A stretch of 34,235 nt of DNA. Source: Rubritalea sp. GTDB taxonomy: Bacteria > Verrucomicrobiota > Verrucomicrobiia > Verrucomicrobiales > Akkermansiaceae. A model generated the notes under the pieces. That model did not search any database. It saw only the letters and a list, made by a program, of their open reading frames with translations, and had not been told where the DNA came from. A program made the translations under genes and the position numbers. This document shows, piece after piece, positions 9,616-18,855 of this stretch. The DNA lies in NCBI RefSeq assembly GCF_039830215.1, contig NZ_JBDOPO010000366.1:1-34235 (forward strand). Direction: 5' to 3'. Numbering within the stretch: the first letter of the stretch is position 1; each line of letters starts with the position of its first letter.

Positions 9616-9686
9616 CTTTGATACCGTATCGTGGGCACACGCTCAAAATACCCTCTGACCTCCGACAGATTACATCATTCCAAAGT

Positions 9687-10499
9687 ATGCCAGTAAGTCA
9701 AAATCCTGAAACACCCTCAAAAACGATGAAAACCGTGGATGTCATCTGCTTGCCCGTAGCTGCAACAAACTACGATGCTGCGATTGACTGGATTTTTGAA
9801 CACGCTCGTAAAGCCGATAGAGCATATGCTGTAGAGGCTGCCAACACACACGTGGCTGCACTAGCCAGACATGACCCTAAATTTGGTGAGGTGATGGCAA
9901 ATTTCGACCTGATCTGTCCGGACGGCATGCCTCTAGTATGGTCGATAAATCGATCACTGAAAAAGTCCGCGAAGGGTGGAGTGACTCAACTTACAGACCG
10001 TGTGTATGGACCGACGCTGATGCTCAAAACAATTGAAGCTTCCCAACGTCAGTCCGATTTAAAACATTTCTTCCTCGGTGGAGCACAAACCACACTGAAT
10101 AAGCTGGCCGAGCGCTTCCAACGCGACAATCCAGGCGCAATCATTGCCGGATCCTATTCACCGCCCTTCGGTGAGTGGCCAGACGACGAATTCGAACGCA
10201 TCAAATCGATGATTGAAGAATCGGGAGCCAACCTAGTTTGGGTTGGCCTAGGTTGTCCCAAGCAAGAACGCTGGATAGCTAAAAACAAAGCCCAACTCCC
10301 ACCCGCCTGTTACTTCGGCATAGGCGCCGCCTTCGCCTTCCACGCCGGCGAAATCCCACAAGCCCCGCCAGTACTCCAAAAAATGGGCCTAGAGTGGCTC
10401 TACAGAATGTCCAAAGAGCCACAACGCCTCTTCAAACGCTACCTCACCTACAACAGCCTATTTGTTTACTACACACTCAAGGCGAGAAGTGCGAGTTGA
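9687..10499 (+). CDS. WecB/TagA/CpsF (WecG-like, GT26) glycosyltransferase
   Basis: PDGMPLVW, RVYGPTLM, VWVGLGCPKQE, GIGAAF, GLEWLYR..EP.RL..RY. Start uncertain (ATG 9687 or 9726). Confidence 0.93.
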   Translation: MPVSQNPETPSKTMKTVDVICLPVAATNYDAAIDWIFEHARKADRAYAVEAANTHVAALARHDPKFGEVMANFDLICPDGMPLVWSINRSLKKSAKGGVTQLTDRVYGPTLMLKTIEASQRQSDLKHFFLGGAQTTLNKLAERFQRDNPGAIIAGSYSPPFGEWPDDEFERIKSMIEESGANLVWVGLGCPKQERWIAKNKAQLPPACYFGIGAAFAFHAGEIPQAPPVLQKMGLEWLYRMSKEPQRLFKRYLTYNSLFVYYTLKARSAS

Positions 10500-10525
10500 T
10501 AGCTCGAGTCCCACACTTCACAGAC

Positions 10526-10649
10526 GTGTCGAAGGGCGGAAAGTCAAAAATCGAGCTAGATCGCGTGGTCGCGATAGTGTTTTTTTGCCTAAAGTCACCA
10601 GACTTCGTAGCCTTGGACTTCCGACAGAGGGGAGCGCTAGAGATCGTCG
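10526..10649 (-). repeat. Structured intergenic repeat, copy 3 (inverted)
   Basis: Reverse complement contains AAGTCCAAG, GCTACGAAGTCTGGTGACTT, CTATCGCGACCACGCGAT and TTTGACTTTCCGCCCTTCGAC, with an internal deletion of about 13 nt. Confidence 0.88.
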
Positions 10650-10753
10650 ATTCCAGTTCCGAGTCCGAGTCGGCTAAAACCCAAAATTCAAAAAATGTAG
10701 CTAAAACATAACAATCGTAAATGCGTGGTTCTTCCCAGGCAGCTGACCTCGAA

Positions 10754-11826
10754 AGAAGAGGTCCAGTAAAACGGAGCCAATAGCGTATTGAAATATCTGA
10801 CTGTTCATCGGTGGCTTAGTCACCCTAAAACAGACAAATGAAACGTAAGAAAAGACATCTCAGCGCGGAATTTAAAGCACGTATCGCCACCGAAGCTCTC
10901 AAGGGGATTCGCTCAGTAAACGACATCTCCCAGGAGAATGCTGTAGCAGCGTGCTAGGTCAGTCAGTGGAAAAAGGAGTTAGAATCTGGAACGGTTGAGC
11001 TTTTTGAGAGTTAAAAAAACTCGAAGTCAAAGAAGCTCAAATGGAGCGTAAAGCTGGGGCAGCGCAACTTGATTCACGAACTTAGAGACAGAGGGTATGA
11101 AGTAGGTAGGAAGCAAGTGCGTCGCTTGATGAGGTTGCTAGGAATCGAAGCAATGGTTCCCAAGCCTAACACCAGCAAACGTGGGAAGGCTCACAAGATT
11201 TACCCTTACCTTCTCAGAAACCTGACATCACTTATATACCTATGCCTAGAGGGCACGCCTACTTGATAGCTGTGATGGACTGGCACACGCGTGCAGTACT
11301 TTCTTCATGGGAAGTGTGTGACACGATGGATACAGCATTTTGTCTCCGAGTATTGCGCAAAGCCTTCAAGGCTACAGGTAGGCAGCCTAAGATCTTCAAG
11401 GCAGCCAATTGAGTAGTAAAGAATGGGTGGGAGAAATTGAATCTAGAAGGATCAAAGTGAGCATGGACGGCAAAGGATGTTGGCGAGACAACGTGTTCAT
11501 CATACGCCTCTGGCGGAGCATCAAGTATGAGAAAATCAGGCTCTGGAGCTATAGCAACGTACCAGAACTAGAAGCTTTGGTTGATGACTGGATGGAGTTC
11601 TAGAACCAGCGAAGAGGGTACCAATCGCTTTCAAATTAAACACCATGGAGCGACTACCAGCAAGCCCAACGGCACGCAGCTTAAACCTTCCTAAGGCAAT
11701 AAAAGCTAACGACACAAATAGATTGCCCAAAGTAGGCTAATCACCAACAATAACTCGTCATCGATAGAACTGTAAGAATTTCAATATAAACTGCAAATCA
11801 CTGGCAACGTTTAGGAGACCACTTCA
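10754..11826 (+). mobile_element. Degenerate IS3-family element (orfA/orfB pseudogenes)
   Basis: orfA from ATG 10838 (MKRKKRHLSAEFKARIA..) has in-frame stops. orfB fragments lie in different frames: RKQVRRLMRLLGI..KIYPYLLR, DITYIP..YLIAVMDW, SMDGKG.W.DNVFI.RLWRSIKYE. Imperfect terminal inverted repeats at ~10754-10779 and 11802-11826 (ends CA). Confidence 0.88.
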
Positions 11827-11979
11827 GACGGTATTTTGCTGATACTTTAAATCACCTAACTCGCTTGGGTGCTAAGACACGCTCGACAAAAGTTGCTGAA
11901 TCCTTTGTCACTTTGGTGAAGTAGCGATCAGAATTGTTAAGGAACTCTCTACTGAAAATTTAATCATCTATATAATATT

Positions 11980-13479
11980 ATGAATACACGACTAGTTGGC
12001 TTATTCGTCATAATTTTGTTCACAATCCCTGCCGCGATTTTGATTGGTAGCTGGACGGCTACCGATCCCATGATGGCCGCTGCGGCGCTAATTGGACTTG
12101 TTGCCATGGGGGCGCTGTTGGCGTTAGGCAAAAATATCTGGATGTTGATTCCCGCCTTCTACCCATTTTCTGAGGCTCTGGTTGGAGCTCCACTTGGTTT
12201 TGCACTACGTGATATTATTACAATCTATGTGCTTGTTGGACTGGTGATGCTATGGGTGGTAAAGCGCTACAAGCTAGGACTCCAATTTTCAGTGAAAGAA
12301 GGTTCATTACTAGCTGTGTATGCTTTATTAGTTTTTGCTTTCATAAGAAACCCAATTGGCTTTGCAGTCTTCGGAAGTGCGAAGATTGGAGCAAGACCCT
12401 ACATCGAGTGTTTTATTGCATTGATTGTCTATGGCATACTCTCCAGCCAAATTGTAAGTATGAACAAAGTGAGGCAATCGGGACTTTTGTGGTTCCTTGG
12501 TGGTATTTCTTCAGCGGTTGTGCAAATAGTAGGTTCTGTTTCCCCGAGCGTTGGCTATTATGTCAGCCAAGTTTATCAAATAAGGGGAGGTGGAGCTTTA
12601 GGTGGAGCGTCTGCAAGTGCTACAGCAGATACTGGAGTTGGGCGGCTGATGTATTTAAAGACATTGGTTAGGCCTCTTTGTGCTGGCCTCATGGCTGTGA
12701 CACGTCCCATAGGGTTGCTGAATCCAATGAAACCGTATCTATTTATTGGCGTATCTATCCTAGTTGCATCAGCTTTACTCAGTGGTTTTCGTAGTATGCT
12801 GTTGTGGATAGCCATGATGTATATTGCTTCAGCCATCGTGAGACGGAAGAAGCTAGATATTGTGATAGCTGTTGCTTCGGGTCTTTTGGTCTTGAGTGTT
12901 TTGGTCGCAGGTAATGGATCGTTATTCAATTTACCGATATCTGTACAACGGTCACTATCATTTATTCCTGGTGATTGGGACTATGTAGCTACGGAGGATG
13001 CCGAGGGGTCAATAGAATGGCGAGTCGAGATGTGGGAGATAGGCATGTATACGGATGAATTCATTAAGAATAAAATCGTAGGCGATGGCTACGGCCTAAC
13101 TTTGGATGATATGGAATATCATGGGCACATTCAAACTAAGCCAGTTGTGACGCATGAGGATATGCAGGAATTCTTCATGCGTTCAGGTGATTGGCACAGT
13201 GGTCCAGTGGAGACGATTCACAGAATAGGTATTGTAGGCTTGTTAGTGGTTACTTTGAGTCTTATTATTTTTGCGAAATATGCCTTCAGAATCATGCGGA
13301 AGTGTGAGAATACGGGTTATTATGCCCCAGCTCTTTTTGCAGGACTACCACTATTGATTTATCCTTTTCAGTATATTTTTATATATGGAACATTATTACA
13401 GGCAGTTACGATGATGACGATGCACGGTGGAATGCTGCGATTGATTGAAAATTCGATGGGGATGGCTGCAGAGGATTAA
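11980..13479 (+). CDS. Wzy polymerase / O-antigen-ligase-family membrane protein
   Basis: Many TM segments, LSGFRS, periplasmic S..WR.EMW, G.GYG and HSG......GIVG motifs; located near wzx. Confidence 0.8.
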   Translation: MNTRLVGLFVIILFTIPAAILIGSWTATDPMMAAAALIGLVAMGALLALGKNIWMLIPAFYPFSEALVGAPLGFALRDIITIYVLVGLVMLWVVKRYKLGLQFSVKEGSLLAVYALLVFAFIRNPIGFAVFGSAKIGARPYIECFIALIVYGILSSQIVSMNKVRQSGLLWFLGGISSAVVQIVGSVSPSVGYYVSQVYQIRGGGALGGASASATADTGVGRLMYLKTLVRPLCAGLMAVTRPIGLLNPMKPYLFIGVSILVASALLSGFRSMLLWIAMMYIASAIVRRKKLDIVIAVASGLLVLSVLVAGNGSLFNLPISVQRSLSFIPGDWDYVATEDAEGSIEWRVEMWEIGMYTDEFIKNKIVGDGYGLTLDDMEYHGHIQTKPVVTHEDMQEFFMRSGDWHSGPVETIHRIGIVGLLVVTLSLIIFAKYAFRIMRKCENTGYYAPALFAGLPLLIYPFQYIFIYGTLLQAVTMMTMHGGMLRLIENSMGMAAED

Positions 13480-13534
13480 TGATGCAGAGCTTGAAAGTAG
13501 TTACTGTTCCAATCTTTAAAAAGCAGTAAACGAG

Positions 13535-14584
13535 ATGATTGAGTTTAGAAATGTAGCCCAAGAAAAATCAGAGTTGCTGTCGACGGCAGCATTTTCTGAC
13601 GGAATACTGGAGTGGGAGGAAGCCAGGAGTATTGATTCTGTTGCCGTTTTTTATAGAGGCGAAGGCGAGCAGTTGAAAATAAGTTTCGACTTGATACGCA
13701 ATGTCGTGCAGTGCGCCAATATAGTTAACGGTTACCCTAGGGTTCTTTTTAGGAAAAGGCTTAAGTCGGCTATCAAAGGTTCAGCAAAAATAATATTTAA
13801 CCAATATTCGATAGAGGTTCGCTTAGATGGTTCCTACATAGGTAGTTCATATATCGATAGAATGAGTGGTTATGTTAGAATTCATGGCGCGCGCCCGTAC
13901 GATGAAAGTACTGTGATTCCGAAGTTTTCAGCCGCTAAAGCGGAGTACAAAGCTTTGTTCATTGGTGACGGATTCACTGGCGGGAACTGGCCACACGTGA
14001 ACTATTGGATGTGGCCGGACCTTATTTCGAAAGGATCTTACCCTATATTAAATGCTGGAGAGTCTGCGGCGAATACGCGCAGAGCATTGGAGGTGGTAGA
14101 GCGTCTATCTTCAGATGATGTAATCCATTTCGAGGAAGTATACATCATGATTGGTGTAGATGATGTAATCGATGGTGTGCCAATTGATGAGACTCTCTCG
14201 AATTTTGAAGAGATCCTCAACGCGTTGGAGAAGCTAGGTGACAGAGTTTATTTGTGCACGCTAACACCCCGAAAAGATAGGTTACAAAATTTGATCGAGA
14301 ATTTGAATGAGCACATCCTCGGCTTTCAGTCGCGCGAAGGTGTTTTCGAAATAATCAATGTTGCGAAATCGTTTGAAAATGAGTCTTTAGAGGAAGTTCT
14401 GTTTGCTGTGGATTTTCCTAATAAATTAGGACAGGAACTGATCGCTTCAGCGGTAATGCTTGTGAACGGCGATGTTACCGTGCCCGACTGCAAGTCGAAA
14501 ATTGTTTTGGAGCGCAATTTTCTGTCTAAGTTATTCCATACAATGGGAAATAAGTTCTATGGGTTGGCCAGTCGTGTTGAGTAA
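13535..14584 (+). CDS. SGNH/GDSL-fold protein with atypical catalytic blocks
   Basis: Block spacing FIGDGFT / NAGESA / MIGVDD / DFPNKLG..IA matches the SGNH fold; N-terminal ~135 aa unrecognised. Confidence 0.65.
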   Translation: MIEFRNVAQEKSELLSTAAFSDGILEWEEARSIDSVAVFYRGEGEQLKISFDLIRNVVQCANIVNGYPRVLFRKRLKSAIKGSAKIIFNQYSIEVRLDGSYIGSSYIDRMSGYVRIHGARPYDESTVIPKFSAAKAEYKALFIGDGFTGGNWPHVNYWMWPDLISKGSYPILNAGESAANTRRALEVVERLSSDDVIHFEEVYIMIGVDDVIDGVPIDETLSNFEEILNALEKLGDRVYLCTLTPRKDRLQNLIENLNEHILGFQSREGVFEIINVAKSFENESLEEVLFAVDFPNKLGQELIASAVMLVNGDVTVPDCKSKIVLERNFLSKLFHTMGNKFYGLASRVE

Positions 14585-14601
14585 TTAATTGGTATTAGAC
14601 T

Positions 14602-15885
14602 GTGTATTTCTGGGTAAAAAAATTAGGGGCTGTTACGTTGTGTAATGGAGTGTCAATGCTCAGTATTATCGGGCGGACATTGATTCTATCTAGTGCTCTG
14701 TGTGTATCTGATTTTGGAAAATTCATCATCTGCTTGAATTTTTTTGCTTTTATTAAGGTATTCTTAAAGCCAGGGATTACCCATACGCTTTTTAATTATA
14801 TCCCCCAGTTTGAAGCTAGTGGCGAAGAACGTAATAAAGTGGCCAGCGTCTGTTGGCTTTGTATTTACGTGGCGATGGCAATCAGTCTGCCTCTATCATT
14901 TTTTGGTGTAGCTTTTTCGAAGCTAATTGCGATTAAAATTTATGGTGACGCATCTCTTGCTGGTCCGCTATGCGCTTTAGCAGCAAGTTCGATCTTATTT
15001 CTGGTTAATGACGTAGCTTCAAGTCTTTTAAGGTTAAAAGATAAGATAGTAACCTCGATTTTTCCCGCTACCTTAGCTTCATTGTGCGTGTTTCTGATTT
15101 TTTGTTACTGTCCAGTTGTTGTATCTAGATTTGATTACGCTGTTTACGCTGTGGCAGTATCTGAATTGCTGATCTCGATATCATTGCTTGCTGCTTTATG
15201 GCATTATGCGTCTGATTACTTGGTCTGTTCAAAAGATGTGTTCTTTCTGAAACCGATAAGATCGAAGATGGAAGGGATAAAATCGACGTTGAAGCAGACT
15301 TCCATTTTTGGATTGCTTCATGGCAGTTCCGAGGCGGCATCTGCGTTTCTTATAGGTGTTTTTTCTAGTGCAAAAGAGGTGGCGTATATCGGAATGGCCA
15401 TACAGTTAGCTAGGCCCGTACAGTTCTTGCATGCAAACGTGGCTAGTGTGGTGGTTCCACGCGTTTCTAAACTTTATGGTCAACGTAATTTGTTGTCTGT
15501 GTTGAAGATTCTTAAAATGAATTTTATGTCGGCTATGATTTTATTTGTATTAGGAGGGGGGGCAGTGTTTCTGTTTGGTGATTTTTTAATAAATCAATTT
15601 CTCAGTCCTGAATATCTCCAAGTGCTACCCGTGTTTTATATACTATTAGCCGCTCACATTTTATCATTGGCAACAGTTGGTTTTGTTCCTTTATCGGTGG
15701 CTAGTAAGCAGGTTGATAAGCGTAACTATGCTGTGGCCTTGCGTTTTCTTTATTTAGGGGTAGCAGTGGCTATCGGATTAAATGCCTATAGTGCTGCGAT
15801 TGTTCAACTCCTTGCAGCTATTTCAGTGAGGTTTTTGATAGATTTACCTATGTATAGAAAAATTAAGCTAGAGATGGGGAAATAG
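14602..15885 (+). CDS. wzx: Wzx-type polysaccharide flippase
   Basis: About 12 hydrophobic segments, L...DFG near the N-terminus, V.PRVSKLY motif; GTG start. Confidence 0.8.
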   Translation: MYFWVKKLGAVTLCNGVSMLSIIGRTLILSSALCVSDFGKFIICLNFFAFIKVFLKPGITHTLFNYIPQFEASGEERNKVASVCWLCIYVAMAISLPLSFFGVAFSKLIAIKIYGDASLAGPLCALAASSILFLVNDVASSLLRLKDKIVTSIFPATLASLCVFLIFCYCPVVVSRFDYAVYAVAVSELLISISLLAALWHYASDYLVCSKDVFFLKPIRSKMEGIKSTLKQTSIFGLLHGSSEAASAFLIGVFSSAKEVAYIGMAIQLARPVQFLHANVASVVVPRVSKLYGQRNLLSVLKILKMNFMSAMILFVLGGGAVFLFGDFLINQFLSPEYLQVLPVFYILLAAHILSLATVGFVPLSVASKQVDKRNYAVALRFLYLGVAVAIGLNAYSAAIVQLLAAISVRFLIDLPMYRKIKLEMGK

Positions 15886-15890
15886 ATTTC

Positions 15891-16925
15891 ATGAAAGTAG
15901 GAATATTAACGTTTCACTTGGGGCCTAATCACGGTGGCTATCTGCAGGCATATTGTTTGTCTCAGTTCATCTCTTCGCTGGGACATGAAGTCGAAATTAT
16001 TAACTATAAAAATGCGGGGCATCATCAATCAGAGATATTTAAGCCTTGGGTTTATAGACGTCCTGCTAAACTATTAAGCGCGTGGGTGAAGGAGCGGATG
16101 TTCCAGAAAGCATTCAAAAATATGCCCCTGTCGAAGTTCACCACGGATAGAGATGCTGTAGATTGGAACCGCTATGATGCAGTTGTTGTTGGCAGTGATG
16201 TCGTATGGGATTTTGAACAAGCCAGATTAGGTCGTGACCCCGTCTACTTTGGAGATTTTGGATGTGATTACAGAGGGAAGTTGATCTCCTATGCACCGAG
16301 CACTGGCAAGGTGGATCCTGATGCGACCGTGCCTGAGTATGCTCAACGGGGCTTGGCTAGTTTCGATACTGTGTCAGTGCGTGATGACACTACTAAGAAA
16401 GTGGTTCAGAGTTACGTCCTGGGGGAAGTAACCAATGTTGTTGACCCTACATGGCTAAATATAGACTATCGTGAGCGGTTGCCTCAGAGAGCCAGCATCA
16501 TGGCTGTATATGCTTTTAATATTACCCCAACCTACCGCACAGAAATCGTGAAGTATGCTCGTAGGAAAGGTCTGAAAATTGTCGCATTAGGCTATCCACA
16601 TAAATGGGCAGATCAAAATCGCATGGATCTTGGGCCGCTCGACTGGCCGGATTTTATGGACCAAGCGCAATGTGTTGTGGCCGGAACCTTTCATGGGACT
16701 CTGTATGCAATTAAGCTGCAATGTCAATTTGTGACCATTCTTAATGATCATATCAAATATAAGGTGCAGAAACCTCTTGAAATTACAGATTTAGAGGGCC
16801 GCATATTGCATGATCCGGAGAATATCAAAAATCTGATGGAACAACCGATAGATTATCATTCCACCTTTGAGAAGGTGGCAACGTGGGTTCTTCAGTCTCG
16901 TAAGTTTCTGCAAAATAATCTCTGA
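15891..16925 (+). CDS. Polysaccharide pyruvyl transferase family protein
   Basis: ILTFH...N.G..LQAY, VVGSD.VW, ISYAPS, SVRD, DPT, TFHG. Confidence 0.88.
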   Translation: MKVGILTFHLGPNHGGYLQAYCLSQFISSLGHEVEIINYKNAGHHQSEIFKPWVYRRPAKLLSAWVKERMFQKAFKNMPLSKFTTDRDAVDWNRYDAVVVGSDVVWDFEQARLGRDPVYFGDFGCDYRGKLISYAPSTGKVDPDATVPEYAQRGLASFDTVSVRDDTTKKVVQSYVLGEVTNVVDPTWLNIDYRERLPQRASIMAVYAFNITPTYRTEIVKYARRKGLKIVALGYPHKWADQNRMDLGPLDWPDFMDQAQCVVAGTFHGTLYAIKLQCQFVTILNDHIKYKVQKPLEITDLEGRILHDPENIKNLMEQPIDYHSTFEKVATWVLQSRKFLQNNL

Positions 16926-16929
16926 GAAA

Positions 16930-17841
16930 ATGAAGCACCTTAGCGCGTATAAACAATGGCACGCAGAGACCGTGAGCCGCGGCGAGGAAGTCATGGCTCA
17001 GAGCCGTGTGGCTATTTGTTGCATGGTGCGCGACTGTCGCTCAGCTTTTGAGAAAAATCTGAAATTTATCGACGAGCTGCGGACTTGCTTTAATGAGAGT
17101 AAGCTCGTCATTGTCGAAAACGACAGTACGGACGGAACCAAGGAGTTGGTGCAGTCACTGGAAGATCATGATGGTGGGATCTATGTGGATACATTTGATA
17201 CGGGAGAAGAAACACTGCTTAAAAAAATGAAGAGTGGTGTAAACCCCTCGTTTTCCTATCATCGTGTGGAGAAAATGGCCAATTACCGGAACCGTTATCT
17301 TAGAGTTCTTAATGAGGATATTGGTTTAGATGCTATTGATTGGGTGATCATGTTGGATCCGGATGTCGTTAAGTTCTCGCTTGATGGAATCAAACACAGC
17401 TTCGGCCAATCCTCATGCTGGGATGTTGTGCATGCTAATGGTCGCTCAAAACGCGGTTTATTTGATGATGTTTATTATGACGCCTACGCATTTGCCGAAC
17501 TCGGTGATACGACACCACAAACAGAGGTCAAAATGCGGGGCATTCAAGAGCGCATGATAGAGTTACGTAATCTGGGGATGTTGCTGCCCGTTCGATCAGG
17601 ATTCAATGCATTGGCCATCTACAGGGCAGAGGTAATTACGGGGCTCAGCTACAGTTGCGTCAGTAACCCTGACCCCAGAGTTGAGGTGCTCTGTGAGCAT
17701 GTAGCATTTCACGATGCCATAGCAAAAAAGGGGTTCCATAGACACTATTTGAACCCAGTGATGCGGGTTCAATACAATAGCCGAATAAATGCTTGTGTTG
17801 TCTTTTTGAAGGCGCAAATTTGTAAATTCTTGAATAGTTAG
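16930..17841 (+). CDS. GT-A fold glycosyltransferase, GT69(Cap59/Cmt1)/GT62-like
   Basis: IVENDSTDGT, MANYRNRYL, LDPD (DxD), YYDAYA, PVRSGFNALAIY, CEHVAFH. Start at ATG 16930. Confidence 0.7.
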   Translation: MKHLSAYKQWHAETVSRGEEVMAQSRVAICCMVRDCRSAFEKNLKFIDELRTCFNESKLVIVENDSTDGTKELVQSLEDHDGGIYVDTFDTGEETLLKKMKSGVNPSFSYHRVEKMANYRNRYLRVLNEDIGLDAIDWVIMLDPDVVKFSLDGIKHSFGQSSCWDVVHANGRSKRGLFDDVYYDAYAFAELGDTTPQTEVKMRGIQERMIELRNLGMLLPVRSGFNALAIYRAEVITGLSYSCVSNPDPRVEVLCEHVAFHDAIAKKGFHRHYLNPVMRVQYNSRINACVVFLKAQICKFLNS

Positions 17842-17854
17842 TTCAATTGCACCG

Positions 17855-18853
17855 ATGAACGAAAAGAAAAGTGAAGCAATCACCTTTAACCCCTCAATTA
17901 GTAGAAGAATCGAGCGCCTTGATAAGTTGCGGGGGCTTGCAATAGTGATGGTTTTGATCGCTCATTGGGGAGTGGCATACCCGCCTTTATTGGCTCTCAA
18001 ATTGGGGCCTATTGGTGTGGACGTGTTCTTTGTAATCAGTGGCTTTTTGATTGGGTTGATACTTTTGGAGTCTAAAGGGCAGGCTGGCTATTACCGTAGT
18101 GTTTACATCCGTAGGGTTTTCCGCATCATGCCTTTGGCTTTAGTGATGATTTTTACAGGACTTGCACTTCAGCTCATCAGCAAAGGTAACGTAGGTTCAC
18201 TATGGTATTATTGGGCATTCATTCAGAATTACATCCCCGCGTTTCTAGCGTCGAATATAGACTATCATACGGAAATGATACCTCTCCCCACAACAAGTCC
18301 GATGTGGAGCCTTGCTGTTGTGGAACATGTTTATGTGATCGCCTTGATAGCTCTAGTTGGTGTCTTTTTATCTTTACGTACGATACAGGAATACGGTGGG
18401 AGTTGGTTTACAAACCAGCGAGAAACATGGAATAGAATGCATTACATCGCGATCGGTGTATTACTTTGTAAGCGAGAGTGGTGGAGGTATCTGTTCCCTG
18501 TCATGGCTGGATGGTGTGCTCTAATATGCGCCATGAATGTACCAAGCCAATTGATACAGCATGGCATAGCTATTGGGATTTGCGTGCAGGTTTGGATGGT
18601 GCGCGGGGAGTGTCCACCCATTCGCAACAAATATTTAGCCTATTTGGGGAAGTTATGTGCCGGAGTCTATCTGTTGCATTACCCCATCGCTGCCTTTTTT
18701 AAGGAATTGTCGGCTCGTGGCTATTTGAACTCCCCTATGTCACAAATGGTGAGTTTTTTTACCTATATTGTAATCTCTGTCGTTTTGGCGGTTTTGTCCT
18801 TTAAATATTTTGAAATGCCAATTCAGCGTCAGCGTGGACGTTTTGAAAAATAA
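17855..18853 (+). CDS. Acyltransferase 3 (OafA-like) O-acyltransferase
   Basis: LD.LRGLAI..V...H, GVDVFFVISGFLI, RRVFRI.P, WSLAV, YLLHYP, S..YFE.P. Confidence 0.9.
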   Translation: MNEKKSEAITFNPSISRRIERLDKLRGLAIVMVLIAHWGVAYPPLLALKLGPIGVDVFFVISGFLIGLILLESKGQAGYYRSVYIRRVFRIMPLALVMIFTGLALQLISKGNVGSLWYYWAFIQNYIPAFLASNIDYHTEMIPLPTTSPMWSLAVVEHVYVIALIALVGVFLSLRTIQEYGGSWFTNQRETWNRMHYIAIGVLLCKREWWRYLFPVMAGWCALICAMNVPSQLIQHGIAIGICVQVWMVRGECPPIRNKYLAYLGKLCAGVYLLHYPIAAFFKELSARGYLNSPMSQMVSFFTYIVISVVLAVLSFKYFEMPIQRQRGRFEK

Positions 18854-18855
18854 CG

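Noticed and set aside
7131-10649. CRISPR array, tRNA or integron attC interpretation of the repeats
   Set aside because: Copies are too long, diverged and separated by whole genes; no tRNA arms or CCA; no clear RYYYAAC/GTTRRRY ends; no cas or integrase gene in the window.
11069-11730. Short ORFs at 11069, 11409 and 11536 as separate genes
   Set aside because: Fragments or antisense of the decayed IS3 transposase.
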